A DNA stretch of 64,000 nt from an uncultured virus (IMG/VR IMGVR_UViG_3300042270_000679). Lineage: Duplodnaviria; Heunggongvirae; Uroviricota; Caudoviricetes. Position 1 is the stretch's first letter. Each line of letters starts with the position of its first letter. The notes under the pieces are model-generated. The model was not told the DNA's origin. It saw only the letters and a list, made by a program, of their open reading frames with translations, and searched no databases. The DNA is taken from the IMG/VR virus record IMGVR_UViG_3300042270_000679. One strand, 5' to 3'. Shown piece after piece: positions 62,147-64,000 of this stretch. A program made the position numbers and the translations under genes.

Positions 62147-62557
62147 CTAGTTCTCCTTGTCACTTCGGTTGTGAAGCTGTTCTAAAATTTCCTTCAACTT
62201 TTGCGGCACAGGAAGGCCTATGTGGGCAGCGTTTTCCAGAATGGAGATGCCTTCATTTGAGAGATAGAAGAAGATAACTGCCGTTCGAATCACAGAGCCT
62301 TCTCCAATCACACTCTGATCAATGATATGACCGATGGCTACGAGGGAGAAGATAAGCACCTTCTTGAAAATGCCGCGAAAGCCAACTTCACTGGATAGTT
62401 TCTTATCCAATACCGCGCACATCAGACCGGTAATATAGTCAATTACTACAAATGCAAGAAGCGAATATAAAAAGCCGTCAAGACCTCCGAGAAAGTAACC
62501 AAGGCTGCCGCCGAATGCTACAATTGCAGCTTGCATCCAATTCCAAAATTCTTTCAT
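62147..62557 (-). CDS. Holin (phage holin 4 family)
   Basis: Close homologue of 9166-9576. Confidence 0.92.
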   Translation of the reverse strand: MKEFWNWMQAAIVAFGGSLGYFLGGLDGFLYSLLAFVVIDYITGLMCAVLDKKLSSEVGFRGIFKKVLIFSLVAIGHIIDQSVIGEGSVIRTAVIFFYLSNEGISILENAAHIGLPVPQKLKEILEQLHNRSDKEN

Positions 62558-62720
62558 TTTCTGTCCTCCTAAAATAAGAAAACCCGCAGTTTCTACGGGT
62601 AGTTTAATCAATCTGTGTTTTGGGGATTAGCTATGATCTAAGAAAGCTTCTGATATTAATTCACCTTTCTATCGTTACAGTCTTTTTGCTGAAATCCCAA
62701 TAGACACTTACACCAAGTAC

Positions 62721-64000
62721 TTATGCAACAACCTCTGTTAATTGTATTGAAGGAATTCCATTAGCAATTGTCAATTTCCATGTATAAGCTGTTCCTGTAA
62801 CACTATCGACCACGGGATGGCTATTATCATAAATCGTGCTTAATACGACACCGACATTATCAACTATGTTTAGCACCCCTGTGTCTTCTGTTTTACGAAT
62901 CTCGAGTTTGTCGACGCTAATATCAGCTGTTGTCAAAACTGGTGCATTAAACCACATTCTGCCCCGACGGTGTAAACCAACTTTAAGGTTAATTCTTGTT
63001 GCTCCCTGTGAATTAAATTCCAACGTCTGCTTTTCCCATGTGCCAGCCGCAATCGGTATTATGTTACTTTTAACTGCTACATTGCCTATATATTCACCCT
63101 CACTATTAAAATAGTGAACGCCCATAAAAGCCCCTAAATCTGCGTCCTTGGATGCGTCTCTTCTTAACCATATTGTAAACTTGTAATCTGTATTAGGGTC
63201 AACTAACATGTGCGAGCTTTGCACTCCATATCCTGGCTGAATTTCCCACTCTCCCATGGAACAGTCAATCAAAGCACTATTATTTCCATTCAGAGACATC
63301 GTTGGGTCCAAAAACGTATGAACATTATGAGCCTCCCACATCCATGGTTCGCCATTGGGTACGGCTATCGTTCCAAATGTAGGGTTTTCTATAAAGTTTA
63401 TTTGCGAAGAACCTATGCTAACACCTTTAGTAATAATCCCTCCTTTTTGCATAAAGATGATATCATCACCACGAATTCCGAGCGTTTCTGTTGCTAATTC
63501 AATCCATGCAAAGCCGTCGCCACCATATGTATTAATATGCGTTACTGTATTTTCATTGATATTGTAACCGCCAATAAAGCGTGCCACGCCATCTACTAAA
63601 ATGTTTCCTGAGTTCGCTTCATTCCAGCAACTCATAAATAATGCGTCTACACAGGCAACTGTATGTATAGCATTCGTGCAGTATTCAAACACGCAGTTCT
63701 GCATGGTCGTTTCAAAAGCTTTAACCATAAGCATGCCTTTTGTGCAACCAATGATTTGGCAAGATTGGAAGATGTCACCCGAGGCAGACCAGTTATACCC
63801 ATCAATAGCTTTATACTCAATCCCTGCGGTTGAACAATTGGTAATACCACAATTTATAAAGTATCTATTCCAGCCTGCATAGATGAAAACACCACTCTTA
63901 AAGCCATTAATGATTATTCTCTCAAAAGTGTGCCGCGCTGAGCCAAGGTAGTACGTATCACCTTCATTACCAACAAAGTGGCAAATTATGCCATGCCAAT
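62721..64000 (-). CDS. Tail fibre/depolymerase-like protein, 5' truncated by the window edge
   Basis: Frame stays open to 64000; Cys/Asn-laddered beta-helix-like repeats followed by an NFIENPTF carbohydrate-binding-like module. Confidence 0.65.
   Translation of the reverse strand, partial: WHGIICHFVGNEGDTYYLGSARHTFERIIINGFKSGVFIYAGWNRYFINCGITNCSTAGIEYKAIDGYNWSASGDIFQSCQIIGCTKGMLMVKAFETTMQNCVFEYCTNAIHTVACVDALFMSCWNEANSGNILVDGVARFIGGYNINENTVTHINTYGGDGFAWIELATETLGIRGDDIIFMQKGGIITKGVSIGSSQINFIENPTFGTIAVPNGEPWMWEAHNVHTFLDPTMSLNGNNSALIDCSMGEWEIQPGYGVQSSHMLVDPNTDYKFTIWLRRDASKDADLGAFMGVHYFNSEGEYIGNVAVKSNIIPIAAGTWEKQTLEFNSQGATRINLKVGLHRRGRMWFNAPVLTTADISVDKLEIRKTEDTGVLNIVDNVGVVLSTIYDNSHPVVDSVTGTAYTWKLTIANGIPSIQLTEVVA

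Overview
Low-GC Bacillota (clostridia-like) DNA made almost entirely of two related temperate siphophage-type elements in tandem, with every supported gene on the - strand. Element 1 (about 48305 down to <1) runs: an rlmD/rumA-like 3' end, a Phd-like gene, type I R-M (hsdMSR), M48 and IrrE-HTH genes, a sigma-like gene, antirepressor, VapE/VRR-NUC/SNF2, HNH/terS, metK plus ParB-methyltransferase, HK97-type head, tail, GH18, holin/GH25 lysin, a DUF2800-DUF2815-PolA cassette, then SHOCT and a serine-recombinase triplet. Two lesions in morphogenesis genes (an in-frame TAG in terL and a frameshifting deletion in the tail-tip gene) suggest it is defective. Element 2 (>64000 down to about 48306) shows only its distal part: beta-helix tail protein, holin/amidase, SHOCT, a second recombinase triplet, then cargo (NiCo/czcD riboswitch plus P-type ATPase, zinc-ribbon plus minimal kinase, two-component system, two PepSY paralogues). 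The most notable non-coding signals are a fixed-spacing bipartite motif in three copies, two of which exactly bracket the PolA cassette; a two-unit array of rlmD-derived att-like sites with variable 16-nt spacers at the junction; a long structured leader and palindromic operators upstream of the sigma-like gene; and a -1 frameshift site in the tail chaperone. Family assignments come from motif recognition by eye, not from database searches.
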